64,000 bases of DNA from Terriglobia bacterium (GTDB lineage: Bacteria; Acidobacteriota; Terriglobia; JAJPHL01), in the NCBI GenBank assembly GCA_963747095.1, contig CAVVEL010000022.1:145193-209192 (forward strand), given 5' to 3'. Within the stretch, counting starts at the first letter, position 1, and the number at the start of each line of letters is the position of its first letter. A program made the position numbers and the translations under genes. Below are positions 27,948-37,902 of this stretch, one piece after another. The notes beneath the pieces are model-generated. The model was given only the letters and a program-made list of their open reading frames with translations, was not told the origin of the DNA and ran no database searches.

Positions 27948-29246
27948 ATGTCTGCTACCCCACCCGCCAGACTGGTCCGCGCCATCGGCCGTTGGAGTCT
28001 TTTCACTCTGGTGCTCAACTCGATGATCGGCAGCGGGGTGTTCAAACTCCCGTCCGATATCGCCGGACTGATCGGATGGTGGTCGCCCGCCGGCTACTTG
28101 ATCGCCGCGCTGGGTATGGGCGCGATCATGGCGGCCTTCGCCGAAGTGGCTTCGCAGTTCGATCAGGCCGGCGGACCCTACCTCTATGCGCGCGAGACCT
28201 TCGGCAGATTCGCCGGCATCCAAGTGGGTTGGTTGGCCTGGCTGGTACGGCTGACTTCGGCGGCGGCTAACGCCAACGTCTTCCTGCTTTATCTCGGAGA
28301 GTTCTGGCGGCCAGCTTCGTCGGGAGCGCCGCGCCTCATCGCCCTGACCCTTCTCCTCGGCGGATTGGCCATTGCCAACGTTCGCGGCGTCTCGGGCGGC
28401 GCGAATCTCAGCAATATTTTTGCGGCCGCCAAGCTTGTGCCGCTGCTCTTGTTCATCGGCGTGGGCCTGTTTTTTCTGTCCGTTCATGGATTACCGGTGA
28501 CTTTCCCGCCGCCCGCCGTTCCCCTCGCCAAATGGAGCGAGGCGATTCTCCTGCTGGTGTTCGCGTTCGGCGGATTCGAAGGCGGATTGATGTCCCAGGG
28601 CGAAGCGCGCGATCCCCGGCGCGACGTGCCCTTTGCGTTGATGATGGCGCTGGCCGTCACCACGGTGATCTACGCCCTGAATCAGGTAGTGGCGCAAGGC
28701 GCCTTGCCTGTGGGGTCGATGAGCCAGCGGCCGCTGGCCGACGCCGCGCGCGTGATGATCGGTGGCGGAGGCGCGGCGCTCATCTCCCTGGGCGCGTTGA
28801 TCTCCGTGTACGGATATCTCAGTTCGCAGATGCTCAACGCGCCGCGCTTGACGTTCGCGCTGGCCGAAGGCGGCGACTTCCCGAGTTTTCTCAGCGCCGT
28901 TCATGCGCGCTTCCGCACGCCGTGGGTTTCCATCGTGCTCTACGCCGTGCTGGTTTGGACGCTGACCGCCGCCGCCGATTTCCGCTGGAACGCTACGCTT
29001 TCCGCCGTGGGACGATTGTTCACTTACGCCGCAGTCTGCGGCGCCCTGCCCGCGCTGCGGCGCTGGCAGCCGGATCGCCCGGCGTTCCGCCTCCCCGGCG
29101 GCTTGGCCTTTGCGGGAATCGGGCTGCTGTTCTGCGTGGCCATGATCTCCCGTATGGGCCGTTCCGACATGCAGGTGATCGCCGCCACCGTGCTACTGGC
29201 GCTAGCCAACTGGTGGTGGGTGGTAAGACGGCAGGCCCGAGGCTAA
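27948..29246 (+). CDS. APC-family amino acid permease
   Basis: 12-TM-like hydrophobic profile; N-terminal 'SLFTLVLNSMIGSGVFKLPSDIA' typical of APC transporters. Confidence 0.8.
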   Translation: MSATPPARLVRAIGRWSLFTLVLNSMIGSGVFKLPSDIAGLIGWWSPAGYLIAALGMGAIMAAFAEVASQFDQAGGPYLYARETFGRFAGIQVGWLAWLVRLTSAAANANVFLLYLGEFWRPASSGAPRLIALTLLLGGLAIANVRGVSGGANLSNIFAAAKLVPLLLFIGVGLFFLSVHGLPVTFPPPAVPLAKWSEAILLLVFAFGGFEGGLMSQGEARDPRRDVPFALMMALAVTTVIYALNQVVAQGALPVGSMSQRPLADAARVMIGGGGAALISLGALISVYGYLSSQMLNAPRLTFALAEGGDFPSFLSAVHARFRTPWVSIVLYAVLVWTLTAAADFRWNATLSAVGRLFTYAAVCGALPALRRWQPDRPAFRLPGGLAFAGIGLLFCVAMISRMGRSDMQVIAATVLLALANWWWVVRRQARG

Positions 29247-29310
29247 AGGCCCGAGGCCCGAGTCTAAGGACTTCCCTCGACTCGGGCCTCGGGCCTCGTG
29301 GCTCGGGCCT
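29247..29310. terminator. Bidirectional hairpin terminator between convergent permease and HEAT-repeat genes
   Basis: 'GGCCCGAGGCCCGAGTC...GACTCGGGCCTCGGGCC' inverted repeat followed by 'TTTATTTTTGA'. Confidence 0.5.
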
Positions 29311-30684
29311 TTATTTTTGATACCTCTCCAAAACCTGCACCGCGCGGATGGCCGAGGTGATCACGTCGTCTTTGGAATCGTGGATCAGCGGGCGCACGTA
29401 CTCCAGCGCCGCGGGATTGGCGATGGACGCCAGCACGTCGCACAGGTAGCGGCGAATATCGGTTTTCTCGGATTTGAGATAGGGATAGAACTGCGGCAGC
29501 CGCGCCGGATCGCGGCCCAATTCGGTCAGGTAGGCGATACCGTACTGGCGATGCAAGGCGGAATCCAGCGCTTGCATCAAGTCGGCCAGCATGGCGGTTT
29601 GTCCGTGGGCCGCCAGGGCGAAGGCCAGCGCCAGTTTCACGCGCGCGTTTTTCTCCGTGGTGCGGCGCGCGGCGATCTTCTCCACGGCTCCCGCCGTCAG
29701 GGCGGAATCCGGAACGCGGCCCAGGCCGTCCGCGGCAAATTCGCGCAGGCGATCGTCGGGGTCGTTCAGGAATCTCAAGAACCATTCGGCATGCTGTGGC
29801 TCCGGCATCAGCGAGAGCGCCTCAAAGGCGCTGTGCCGCACGTCCTTATCCCGATCACCTTCGTAAAGTTTCTGCAGCGGACCAATCTGATCGTGCGCGC
29901 CGAGCAAACCCAAGGTGTAAGCGGCTTGTGCGCGGGTGGCCTTGTCGGAACTTTTCAACAGCCGGGCCACGGCGGGGATGGCGCGCGGATCGCGGATCTT
30001 CTGGAACGCCTTCATGATTTCGATCTTCACCACGGGAGGCGCGTGGAACAACACGTCGGCCATCGCGGGAACCGCGGCCGTGCCGCGCAACACGCCGGCG
30101 GCGCGCGCCGCGTGCTCGGCCGTCTGGTCGTCGGGATCGCCCACCGCTACGCCCATCGCGGCGATGGCGGCAGGATCCACCGGCGTGCCCGGCGCCACGA
30201 TCATGTCATCGGAGCTGTGCTGGAAAAGATCCACGGCACGATGGAAAACATTGGTGATGGGAGCGGTCAGGCTGTTGGAACTGGTGGCCGGGGTCACGTA
30301 CAACGTGACGATGCCTTCAATCGCGCTCATTTTCACGCGCCGCGAAGGATCGCGCGTGGCTTCCGCCAGCGCCGGGATACTGGAGCGATCCAGCAGGCTG
30401 CCCAACGCCTCCACCGCCCGGAAGCGAGTTTCCTCGTCCAGATCCTTGACCATCTTGCTGAGCGGCGGCACCGCGCGGCGGTCGCCCAGTTCGCCCAGCT
30501 TTTTGCAAGCCTCGCGACGAATGAGCGGATCGCGATTGTCGAGGCGGCCCACCAGAGCCTCGTAGCCAATGTCGGCGGCCTTTTGGCTCGTCTTGGCGCT
30601 AGTCTGGGGCGACCCATCTTGCGCGGGGAGAAGCGATACGCCTAACACTGCGACACCGAGAGTACGAAGTAGCATCGGATTCAT
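29311..30684 (-). CDS. Secreted HEAT/PBS-lyase-like repeat protein
   Basis: Signal peptide; repeated 'DP.IRR.A...LG.LGD..AVP.L' units. Confidence 0.7.
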   Translation of the reverse strand: MNPMLLRTLGVAVLGVSLLPAQDGSPQTSAKTSQKAADIGYEALVGRLDNRDPLIRREACKKLGELGDRRAVPPLSKMVKDLDEETRFRAVEALGSLLDRSSIPALAEATRDPSRRVKMSAIEGIVTLYVTPATSSNSLTAPITNVFHRAVDLFQHSSDDMIVAPGTPVDPAAIAAMGVAVGDPDDQTAEHAARAAGVLRGTAAVPAMADVLFHAPPVVKIEIMKAFQKIRDPRAIPAVARLLKSSDKATRAQAAYTLGLLGAHDQIGPLQKLYEGDRDKDVRHSAFEALSLMPEPQHAEWFLRFLNDPDDRLREFAADGLGRVPDSALTAGAVEKIAARRTTEKNARVKLALAFALAAHGQTAMLADLMQALDSALHRQYGIAYLTELGRDPARLPQFYPYLKSEKTDIRRYLCDVLASIANPAALEYVRPLIHDSKDDVITSAIRAVQVLERYQK

Positions 30685-30968
30685 TGGGGGCCGGCCTGCG
30701 CTTTCATTCTACTCCACAGATTGCACAACCGGAAGATCATCCACAGATTACACAGATTTCACAGATTCGGAACTCTCCGAATCCATACGTCCCATGCTTC
30801 CCAGATTCGCCACCTGCGGAGGGCGGCCCCGTTCCCAACAACCTGCGGAGCCAAACTGCATATTAACACTTGACAGTTTTTTTGCTTGAGTCTGATGTAC
30901 GTAGTGATTTAGAATAACAGTGTTAACTGGGCAGGACGAGTATCGTAATTCCCGATGGAGGGCTGTCA

Positions 30969-32267
30969 ATGAAGCATCTGATTCCTGTTGCCGTGCTGAC
31001 TCTGTGTCTATCGTGTGTTGCGTGGGCCGCATCGCCCGCGACCACTACCGCTCCGACCTTCTCCAAAGAGGTTGCGCCGATCTTCTACAAGAACTGCGTC
31101 GATTGCCACCGTCCCGGCGAGGCTGCCCCGATGTCGCTGCTGACCTTTAAGGATGCGCGGCCGTGGACGAAGTCGATCCGCGAGAAGATCACTGAGCACA
31201 TCATGCCGCCGTGGCAGGCCGATCCGCATTTCGGCAAGTTTTCCAACGATCGCCGCTTAGAGCAAAAGGACATCGACACCATCGTGGCCTGGATCGACGC
31301 GGGCGCCAAGGAAGGCGACGCGAAAGACCTGCCGAAGCAGCCGGAGTATCCCGACGGTTGGTCGATCGGCAAGCCTGACGCGATCTTCAGCATGCCGGAG
31401 GAGTTCAACGTTCCGGCCGAAGGCGTGGTGGAGTATCAACACTGGACCGTCCCCAGCAACTTCACCGAAGACAGGTGGGTGACGGCGGCCGAGATTAAGA
31501 TGGGCAATCGCGCCGTGATCCATCATGCGATTGTATTCGTCTACGATCCCAAGACCGGTCCTTCGCTGCCCGACGGCTTACGCCAGAACCTCGGCAAGCT
31601 GCCGCAGATGCCGCGGGATCCGAAGCGCGCCAGAGTCCAGCAGAAACTGGGCTCGCTCCTGATTGGATCGGGGCCAGGCGACCAGGCCATGTTCATGAAG
31701 CCGGGTCACGGGATGCTGGTGAAAGCCGGCTCGGAATTCATTTTCCAACTTCACTACACGCCCAATGGACATGCCACCAAGGACCTCACCCGGGTGGGCT
31801 TTAGGTTCGCTACGGAGTCGCCGAAATTCGAGGATCGCAATGTGGGCGTTTTGAATGGCCGCTTCGTGATCCCCGCCAACGAGGCCAACTACATGGTGGA
31901 GTCGTCGGCCACCTTTACGGAAGACGCCACCATCATGAGTCTGTTCCCGCACATGCACGTCCGCGGCAAGAGCTTCGAGTTCCGCCTGGTGACGCCCGAC
32001 GGCCACTCGCAAGTTCTGCTGGAAGTGCCGAAGTACGATTTCAATTGGCAGGCCGGCTATAACCTGGCCACGCCGCTGGTCGTGCCCAAGGGTTCGCGGA
32101 TCGAGTGCACCGCGTATTTTGACAATTCCAAAGGGAACAAATTCAATCCCGATCCGTCCAAGGAAGTGACCTGGGGCGATCAAACCTGGGAAGAAATGAT
32201 GATTGGCTTTACCACGTACGCGCTACCCAACAAGCACGTCGCGAGCCCCGCGGAGGGCAGCCGGTAG
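30969..32267 (+). CDS. Secreted protein with N-terminal CxxCH (c-type haem-binding-like) motif; paralog 1
   Basis: Signal peptide; 'FSKEVAPIFYKNCVDCHRPGEAAPMSLLTF...IMPPW'. Confidence 0.6.
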   Translation: MKHLIPVAVLTLCLSCVAWAASPATTTAPTFSKEVAPIFYKNCVDCHRPGEAAPMSLLTFKDARPWTKSIREKITEHIMPPWQADPHFGKFSNDRRLEQKDIDTIVAWIDAGAKEGDAKDLPKQPEYPDGWSIGKPDAIFSMPEEFNVPAEGVVEYQHWTVPSNFTEDRWVTAAEIKMGNRAVIHHAIVFVYDPKTGPSLPDGLRQNLGKLPQMPRDPKRARVQQKLGSLLIGSGPGDQAMFMKPGHGMLVKAGSEFIFQLHYTPNGHATKDLTRVGFRFATESPKFEDRNVGVLNGRFVIPANEANYMVESSATFTEDATIMSLFPHMHVRGKSFEFRLVTPDGHSQVLLEVPKYDFNWQAGYNLATPLVVPKGSRIECTAYFDNSKGNKFNPDPSKEVTWGDQTWEEMMIGFTTYALPNKHVASPAEGSR

Positions 32268-32271
32268 GTTT

Positions 32272-32312
32272 GTCAGAACCGTCCGCGGTAGCGGACGGTT
32301 CTGACAACGCAC
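32272..32312. terminator. Hairpin between the two CxxCH paralogs
   Basis: 'GTCAGAACCGTCCGC GGTA GCGGACGGTTCTGAC' perfect inverted repeat. Confidence 0.4.
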
Positions 32313-32357
32313 GCGCCCGGCGGTGTTAGGAAGCGTAAAATAGATCCAGGGGTCCTT

Positions 32358-33662
32358 ATGAAACGCGCACTGATTCTATCGTTCTTGCCGCTGCTGGCTT
32401 TCGCGGCCGACAACAAGGTCACCAAGCCGGCTCCGACGTTTAACAAGGACATCGCGCCGATCTTCTTCGATCGCTGCGTCAGTTGCCATCGCGACGGCAA
32501 CGTCGCGCCGATGTCGCTGATGACCTATAGCGAGACGCGCCCGTGGATCAAATCCATTCGCGAAAAGGTGGTAGCGCACGTCATGCCGCCGTGGACCGCC
32601 GATCCGGCCTACGGACATTTCCTGAACGATCGCGAGCTTAGCGCCGCGCAGATTGACACCATCAAAACCTGGGTGGATAGCGGCGCCAAGGAAGGCACTC
32701 CCGAGGATCTGCCGCCCACACCGCAGTTCCCCAAGGGATGGAACATCGGCCAACCCGACCAGGTGTTTGAAATGGCCGAGGAGTACAGCGTACCCGCCGA
32801 AGGCGTGGTGGACTATCAACATTTCCTGGTGCCCACCAACTTCAAGGAAGACCGCTGGATTCGGGCCGCGGAAATTCGCAACGTGAATCCCTCGGTGGTG
32901 CATCACGTGATTGTGTTCATCCAGCCGCCGCCCACCGACCGTCCCAAGCCGTTCGGCATTGTGCCGGGCGCGGAATGGCGCACCGATCATCGCGACAAAC
33001 CGGCGGAGATCAAGGGCACCAAACTCAACCGTGAGCGGCTGGGTTATTTTCTGACCGCCACAGGCCCCGGCGAGCGCGGCACGGTGTTTCCGGAGGGCTC
33101 GGGCATGCGCATCCCCGCGGGCTCGAACCTGATTTTCCAGATTCACTACACGCCCAAGGGAACGGCAGTGAAGGATCGCGCCAAGATCGGCCTGTTCTAT
33201 CTGAACCATCCGCCGGAGAACGAAATCCGCACGATTGGCGTTCAGAACGGCCAGTTCGTGATTCCCGCGGGAGAAGGCAACCACCGCGTGGACTCCTCGG
33301 TGACCTTTGCCGAAGACGCCCGCGTCTGGGGCTTGATCCCGCACATGCATCTGCGCGGAAAGAGTTTTGAGTTTCGCCTGATCGCGCCCGACGGCAAATC
33401 GCGCGTAATTCTCTCGGTGCCCAAGTACGACTTCAACTGGCAGATGATCTACAGTCTGGCCGAACCGCTGGTGATCCCCAAGGGCAGCCGCGTGGAGTGC
33501 ACGGCGTATTTCGACAACTCCAAGTCGAACAAGTACAATCCGGATTTCAGCAAGGACGTGAAGTGGGGCGATCAGACCTGGGAAGAAATGATGATCGGCT
33601 TCATGACCTATAGCCTGGACAGCCAGAAGATCAAGCCGGCCTCGGCCGGCGGCGGGCAGTAA
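32358..33662 (+). CDS. Secreted CxxCH protein; paralog 2
   Basis: 'FNKDIAPIFFDRCVSCHRDGNVAPMSLMTY...VMPPW'; alignable by eye with the upstream gene along its whole length. Confidence 0.6.
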   Translation: MKRALILSFLPLLAFAADNKVTKPAPTFNKDIAPIFFDRCVSCHRDGNVAPMSLMTYSETRPWIKSIREKVVAHVMPPWTADPAYGHFLNDRELSAAQIDTIKTWVDSGAKEGTPEDLPPTPQFPKGWNIGQPDQVFEMAEEYSVPAEGVVDYQHFLVPTNFKEDRWIRAAEIRNVNPSVVHHVIVFIQPPPTDRPKPFGIVPGAEWRTDHRDKPAEIKGTKLNRERLGYFLTATGPGERGTVFPEGSGMRIPAGSNLIFQIHYTPKGTAVKDRAKIGLFYLNHPPENEIRTIGVQNGQFVIPAGEGNHRVDSSVTFAEDARVWGLIPHMHLRGKSFEFRLIAPDGKSRVILSVPKYDFNWQMIYSLAEPLVIPKGSRVECTAYFDNSKSNKYNPDFSKDVKWGDQTWEEMMIGFMTYSLDSQKIKPASAGGGQ

Positions 33663-33719
33663 GCTCCGCCGCTTTTTCGTGCGGCAAGGCTCGGCCTTGC
33701 CTGGCCCGCCTCGCGGGCT

Positions 33720-34031
33720 CTGGAGTTTCTACATTTGCACTCCGGCGTCCGTGAAGCGGACGCCGAGCCAGCGTAGCTGGCGGCATGATTTAGCCCACAG
33801 CGTAAGCTGTGGGTCAGGAATCGAGGCAATCCAAGCCCGCGAATGCGGGCGACATAAAAGCCTGTTGGCAACGTTGTGCCGGCCCGAGAACCGGCTTTTA
33901 TGTCGCCCGCCTTCGCGGGCTTTCGGCCTTTGCTCATGAACCCACAGCTTGCGCTGTGGCTAAATCATGCCACCGGCTACGCCGGTTGCTTTCCGCTTCG
34001 CGGACATCCGATGAAAATGTAGAAACTCCAG
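33720..34031. repeat. ~310-nt nested palindromic element (three concentric inverted-repeat pairs)
   Basis: 'TGGAGTTTCTACATTT...' pairs with '...AAATGTAGAAACTCCA'; 'CATGATTTAGCCCACAGCGTAAGCTGTGGGT' with 'ACCCACAGCTTGCGCTGTGGCTAAATCATG'; 'GCCCGCGAATGCGGGCGACATAAAAGCC' with 'GGCTTTTATGTCGCCCGCCTTCGCGGGC'. Confidence 0.6.
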
Positions 34032-34638
34032 GGCCCGTTGAAAAAACGCGTGCTGCTTGACGAGTGCGTTGACGTCCGGCTGGGCCTCCGATCTCGCCCA
34101 TCATGAGGTTCGCAGCGTCCTAAGAGATTGCTCGGGCAAGCGTTGAATCGAGTTACTGCGAGATCGCCGGCCGGCAAAGGGCGGACCCGCTAACAGGTAG
34201 ACGCGCGGTCAGTGGGAACCTTACCCGTCCAGGCCGACCCCTTGCCCCCTCCCCTTTCCTCCCCTTCCTCCAAGCAACGCGGGGAGATCGCGCTAACGAA
34301 ACCTGAATTGGATGAGCTTCGAACGCATGGGCGGTTCTTCATTAGCCCGCGTGTGGAGAGGGATGTGCTCCGGTTGGCCGGCGAGTAGGACCGTTACTTC
34401 GCAAACTGGGGAAGGACGGGATCGCCTGTCCCTGCGTCGTGTTTTTTTTCGCATCGTCTGCCGCCAGCATTTCTCCAACCACGGAACGCCAGCCAGAAGG
34501 TCAGACTGTCGTTGCCGCGAAAAACTGTGCGCGAAAAATCGCTACGCAGATCAGGATGAGCCCTTTTTGTCCCCCTTTTGTCCCAAAGCATGGAGTAAGC
34601 CTGGTGCGCGAAGAGCACGCAAGGAGAGCGGAAGCAAT

Positions 34639-34896
34639 ATGAAGAAGAATTTAGCCCATCGGCAGGATGACGACCTCCGGCCCGAGTACGACCTGACCTT
34701 GTTTAAGGGCGGAGTGCGCGGGAAATACTACCAGCAGGCAACAGCCGGGACCAACCTCGTCTTGATTGAACCGGAGCTTGCCAAGGTATTTCCGAACACT
34801 GCCGCAGTCAACCGCGCTCTACGGCTTCTTGTTCAAGCCGCGGAAGCGGCCAGCAAACCCTTGCGCCGACCGGGCGGCGGGAGACGCGCACACTGA
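34639..34896 (+). CDS. Small ribbon-helix-helix/BrnA-like antitoxin-type protein (86 aa), orphan
   Basis: Strong SD 'AAGGAG' 11 nt upstream of the ATG; 'RPEYDLTLFKGGVRGKYY...NLVLIEPELAKVF...VNRALRLLV' resembles the EYDFSKAKRGKY antitoxin family. Confidence 0.35.
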   Translation: MKKNLAHRQDDDLRPEYDLTLFKGGVRGKYYQQATAGTNLVLIEPELAKVFPNTAAVNRALRLLVQAAEAASKPLRRPGGGRRAH

Positions 34897-35036
34897 CGAC
34901 ACTACTCTATCTATCTATCCGCAGGTGTCACAGATGATCGCAGGTAAACCATTACTTTCTTTCTTATCTGCGTTCATCTGCGACATCTGCGGATAGAAGT
35001 TCTTGACTTGACTCTCCTTTCTGTCATGAACTCAAC

Positions 35037-36469
35037 ATGCCCGGCGACGGAGCGACGAGACGAGACTGGCTGAAAGGCGCGGCGATGTCCGCGGTCTCCG
35101 CCGCATCCGCGCAGCGTGGCGCGAGCCCCGATAGGCCGAACATCCTGCTGATCATCTCGGATCAGTTCCGCTCGGATTGCGTCGGGGCGATGGGGCTGAA
35201 CCCCATGGACCTGACGCCGAATCTCGACCAAATGGCCGGACGCGGCGTCCTGTTCCGCTCGGCCATTTGCAACAATCCCGTGTGCGCTCCCGCGCGCGGG
35301 TGCATGTTCACCGGCCTCTATCCGGCCCGCAACGGAGTTTGGCGCAACTCCATCGGCTTGCCGGAAAACTCGACCACGCTGGCCACGGAAGTGCGCAAGG
35401 CCGGCTATTCCGCGAACTACATCGGCAAATGGCACCTGGCGGGCGGAGGCGGGCAACAGTCCGAAGCGCGTGGTGCGGTGGCGCCGGCTCGCCGGGGCGG
35501 TTTCCTCGATTTGTGGGAAGCGTCGAACGAGTTGGAGTGGACCTCCCACGCTTACGAAGGCGATTTGTACGATAACGACGGCAAGCCGATCCACTTTTCC
35601 GGCCAATATCGCGCCGACTTCATGACGGAACGCGCCCAGCGTTTCTTGCGTTCGCCTGCCGCGAAATCGCCATTCCTGCTGACGTTGTCCTATCTGGAAG
35701 TACATCATCAGAACGATTCGGATACCTTCGATCCGCCCAAGGAATATGCCCGGCGCTATCCCAATCCGTTCATCCCTCCGGACCTGCGTCCGTTGCCGGG
35801 TCGTGGCCGAGCCAGTTGTCCGACTACTTTGCCTGCGTCGCCAAGATGGATGAAACGGTCGGAACCATTCGCAAAACGCTGGCTGAAACGGGATTGGATA
35901 AGAACACGATCTTGATCTTCACCAGCGACCACGGCTGTCATTTCAAAACGCGCAACGCGGAGTACAAGCGCAGCCCGCACGAAAGTTCGATTCACGTCCC
36001 GCTGATCGTCGAGGGGCCGGGATTCAACCGCGCCATGCAGGTATCGGAATTGGTTAGCCAGGTAGACTACACGCCGACGCTGCTGGAAGCGGCGGGACTC
36101 CCCGTGCCGGCAACGATGCAAGGCCGCAGCGTTCTGCCGCTGCTCGACCGCCGCACCGATGGTTGGCGCAACGAAGTCTACTTCGAGATGACGGAATACA
36201 TCACCGGCCGCGGTCTGCGAACGCCGCAGTACACCTACGCCGCGGCGACGCCGAAGGCGCCCGGCTGGACGGCCGTTCCGCGTGCCGACCGTTATGTGGA
36301 GTACATGCTCTATGATCTTTACGCCGATCCTTACCAGCAAGTCAACTTAGCCGGGCGCGCAACGCACCGGCAGATCGCGGAAGATTTGCGCCAGCGTCTC
36401 CTGACGCGCATTCAGGAGTCGAGCGGGACGGCGGCGGCGATCGAGCCGTGCTGGTTCCCGTACCCGTAG
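35037..36469 (+). CDS. Tat-secreted Cys-type sulfatase, split by a -1 frameshift near 35800-35815
   Basis: Tat signal 'RRDWLKGAAMSAV'; 'NILLIISDQFRSD'; FGly motif 'CAPARG'. The second ORF continues 'WPSQLSDYFACVAKMDETVG...IFTSDHG'. Confidence 0.7.
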
Positions 36470-37164
36470 GCTCAGACACGCATCGTCTTGATCCTGTGAA
36501 GCCAGGTGGGCACCATTTCCTGTGCTACCATCACCTCATGAGTACTAACTCAATGCTTGGGGCCGTAGGAGCCACGCCTCCGCCGCTGCCCAAGATGACC
36601 TATGAGGAGTTCCTGGAGTGGCACCCCGATTCCGGAATGGCCGAGTGGGTGGATGGAGAGGCATTCGTCATGGCACCGCCGGCAACCGTTCATCAGAGGC
36701 TTGCGTATCTCTTGGCCCGCTGCATCAGCTCTTTTTCCGATCAGAAAGGCATCGGCGAGGTGCTCATTCCACCCTTCCAGATGAAGCTGGCCGGCTCTGG
36801 AAGAGAACCAGATGTCGTGTTCGTTTGCGCGGAGAATCTGTCCCGGATCGGCGGCCAATACCTCAGCGGCCCGGCGGACTTGGTGGTGGAGATCGTCAGT
36901 CCCGACAGCCGTCGTCGCGATCGCGTGGAAAAACTAGCCGAGTACGAACAAGCCGGCGTGCGTGAATACTGGCTCATCGATCCGAATCGCCGGCAGGCCG
37001 AGTTCTTCATCCTAGGCGACGACGGAAAATATGGAACAGCGACCTGTCCGGACGGCATCTTCCACAGTCGCGTCGTGCCAGGAATGTGGCTCAAGGTGGA
37101 ATGGTTCTGGCAAGAACCCTTGCCGACATTGCCGGCGATCCTGCGGGCTTGGAACCTCGGCTAA
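36448..37164 (+). CDS. Uma2-family (DUF820) PD-(D/E)xK-like endonuclease; likely start ~36538
   Basis: 'YEEFLEW...EWVDGEAFVMAPP...EPDVVFV...PADLVVEIVSPDSRRRDRVEKLAEYEQAGVREYWLIDP'. Confidence 0.7.
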   Translation: MLVPVPVGSDTHRLDPVKPGGHHFLCYHHLMSTNSMLGAVGATPPPLPKMTYEEFLEWHPDSGMAEWVDGEAFVMAPPATVHQRLAYLLARCISSFSDQKGIGEVLIPPFQMKLAGSGREPDVVFVCAENLSRIGGQYLSGPADLVVEIVSPDSRRRDRVEKLAEYEQAGVREYWLIDPNRRQAEFFILGDDGKYGTATCPDGIFHSRVVPGMWLKVEWFWQEPLPTLPAILRAWNLG

Positions 37165-37377
37165 CTTACGCCGGCCCCTGGGAAAACGAATACGCAGATC
37201 AGGATGACCCGGCCTCCCGACCAGAATCAATCCTCCCCGTCCAGGCTGGCCCCGTTTCCCCCCACCGCCGCGAGCGGGCTCGTTCATCGCCTGCACGGTT
37301 AGGACCACACCGGTGATCCATTTGAAACAGCGCGTTCCTGTCGATGCTAGTAACCTGAAACTGGAGGCTCCCACATC

Positions 37378-37683
37378 GTGCGAATTAAGTATCCGGTTCT
37401 CGGTTCCTTAGCCTTGGCAGCGACATTGGCGGTGCCCGTCATCATCACGACCGCCCCTTCTCTCGGCGCTCAAGTTGGCATCCAGGTGCGGATCTACGAC
37501 CGCCACCACAAGGACTACCACGCCTGGGACGACCATGAGGATCGTCTCTACCGCTCATACTTGGCCGAACGGCGTCGCGAATACATCGAGTACAACCGTT
37601 TGAAGCGCGGCGACCAGGATCGCTACTGGAGGTGGCGTCACGAACACTGGGAGGAGCACGAGCGCGACCGTGACCGGCGCTAG
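37378..37683 (+). CDS. Small secreted His/Arg/Trp-rich hypothetical protein
   Basis: Signal peptide then 'HHKDYHAWDDHEDRLYRSY...RYWRWRHEHWEEHERDRDRR'. Confidence 0.4.
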   Translation: MRIKYPVLGSLALAATLAVPVIITTAPSLGAQVGIQVRIYDRHHKDYHAWDDHEDRLYRSYLAERRREYIEYNRLKRGDQDRYWRWRHEHWEEHERDRDRR

Positions 37684-37902
37684 GAACAGCGTCGAGGACG
37701 ACGTAGAGTGCCCTCGCCTTCGTTTGTCAACGTCACCTTGGCTCCCGCCAGGACCGCTCCGGACTGGTCTTTCACGACGACCTGGATCGTTCCCGTGTCA
37801 ACCTGCGCGATGACGGGGCGCGCTAAGGCACAAAGGCAAAACAGAATCCCGGGAAGACGGCGCTTTCGAGCGGACCGTAAGTTTAGTTTCATAAAGGATC
37901 GT

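Noticed and set aside
27524-27950. Integrase or attachment repeat adjacent to tRNA-Ser
   Set aside because: No integrase-like ORF and no obvious direct repeat of the tRNA 3' end within the window.
29317-30645. 442-aa + strand ORF opposite the HEAT-repeat gene
   Set aside because: Gly/Arg-rich with no motifs, whereas the minus-strand frame shows clear HEAT repeats and a signal peptide.
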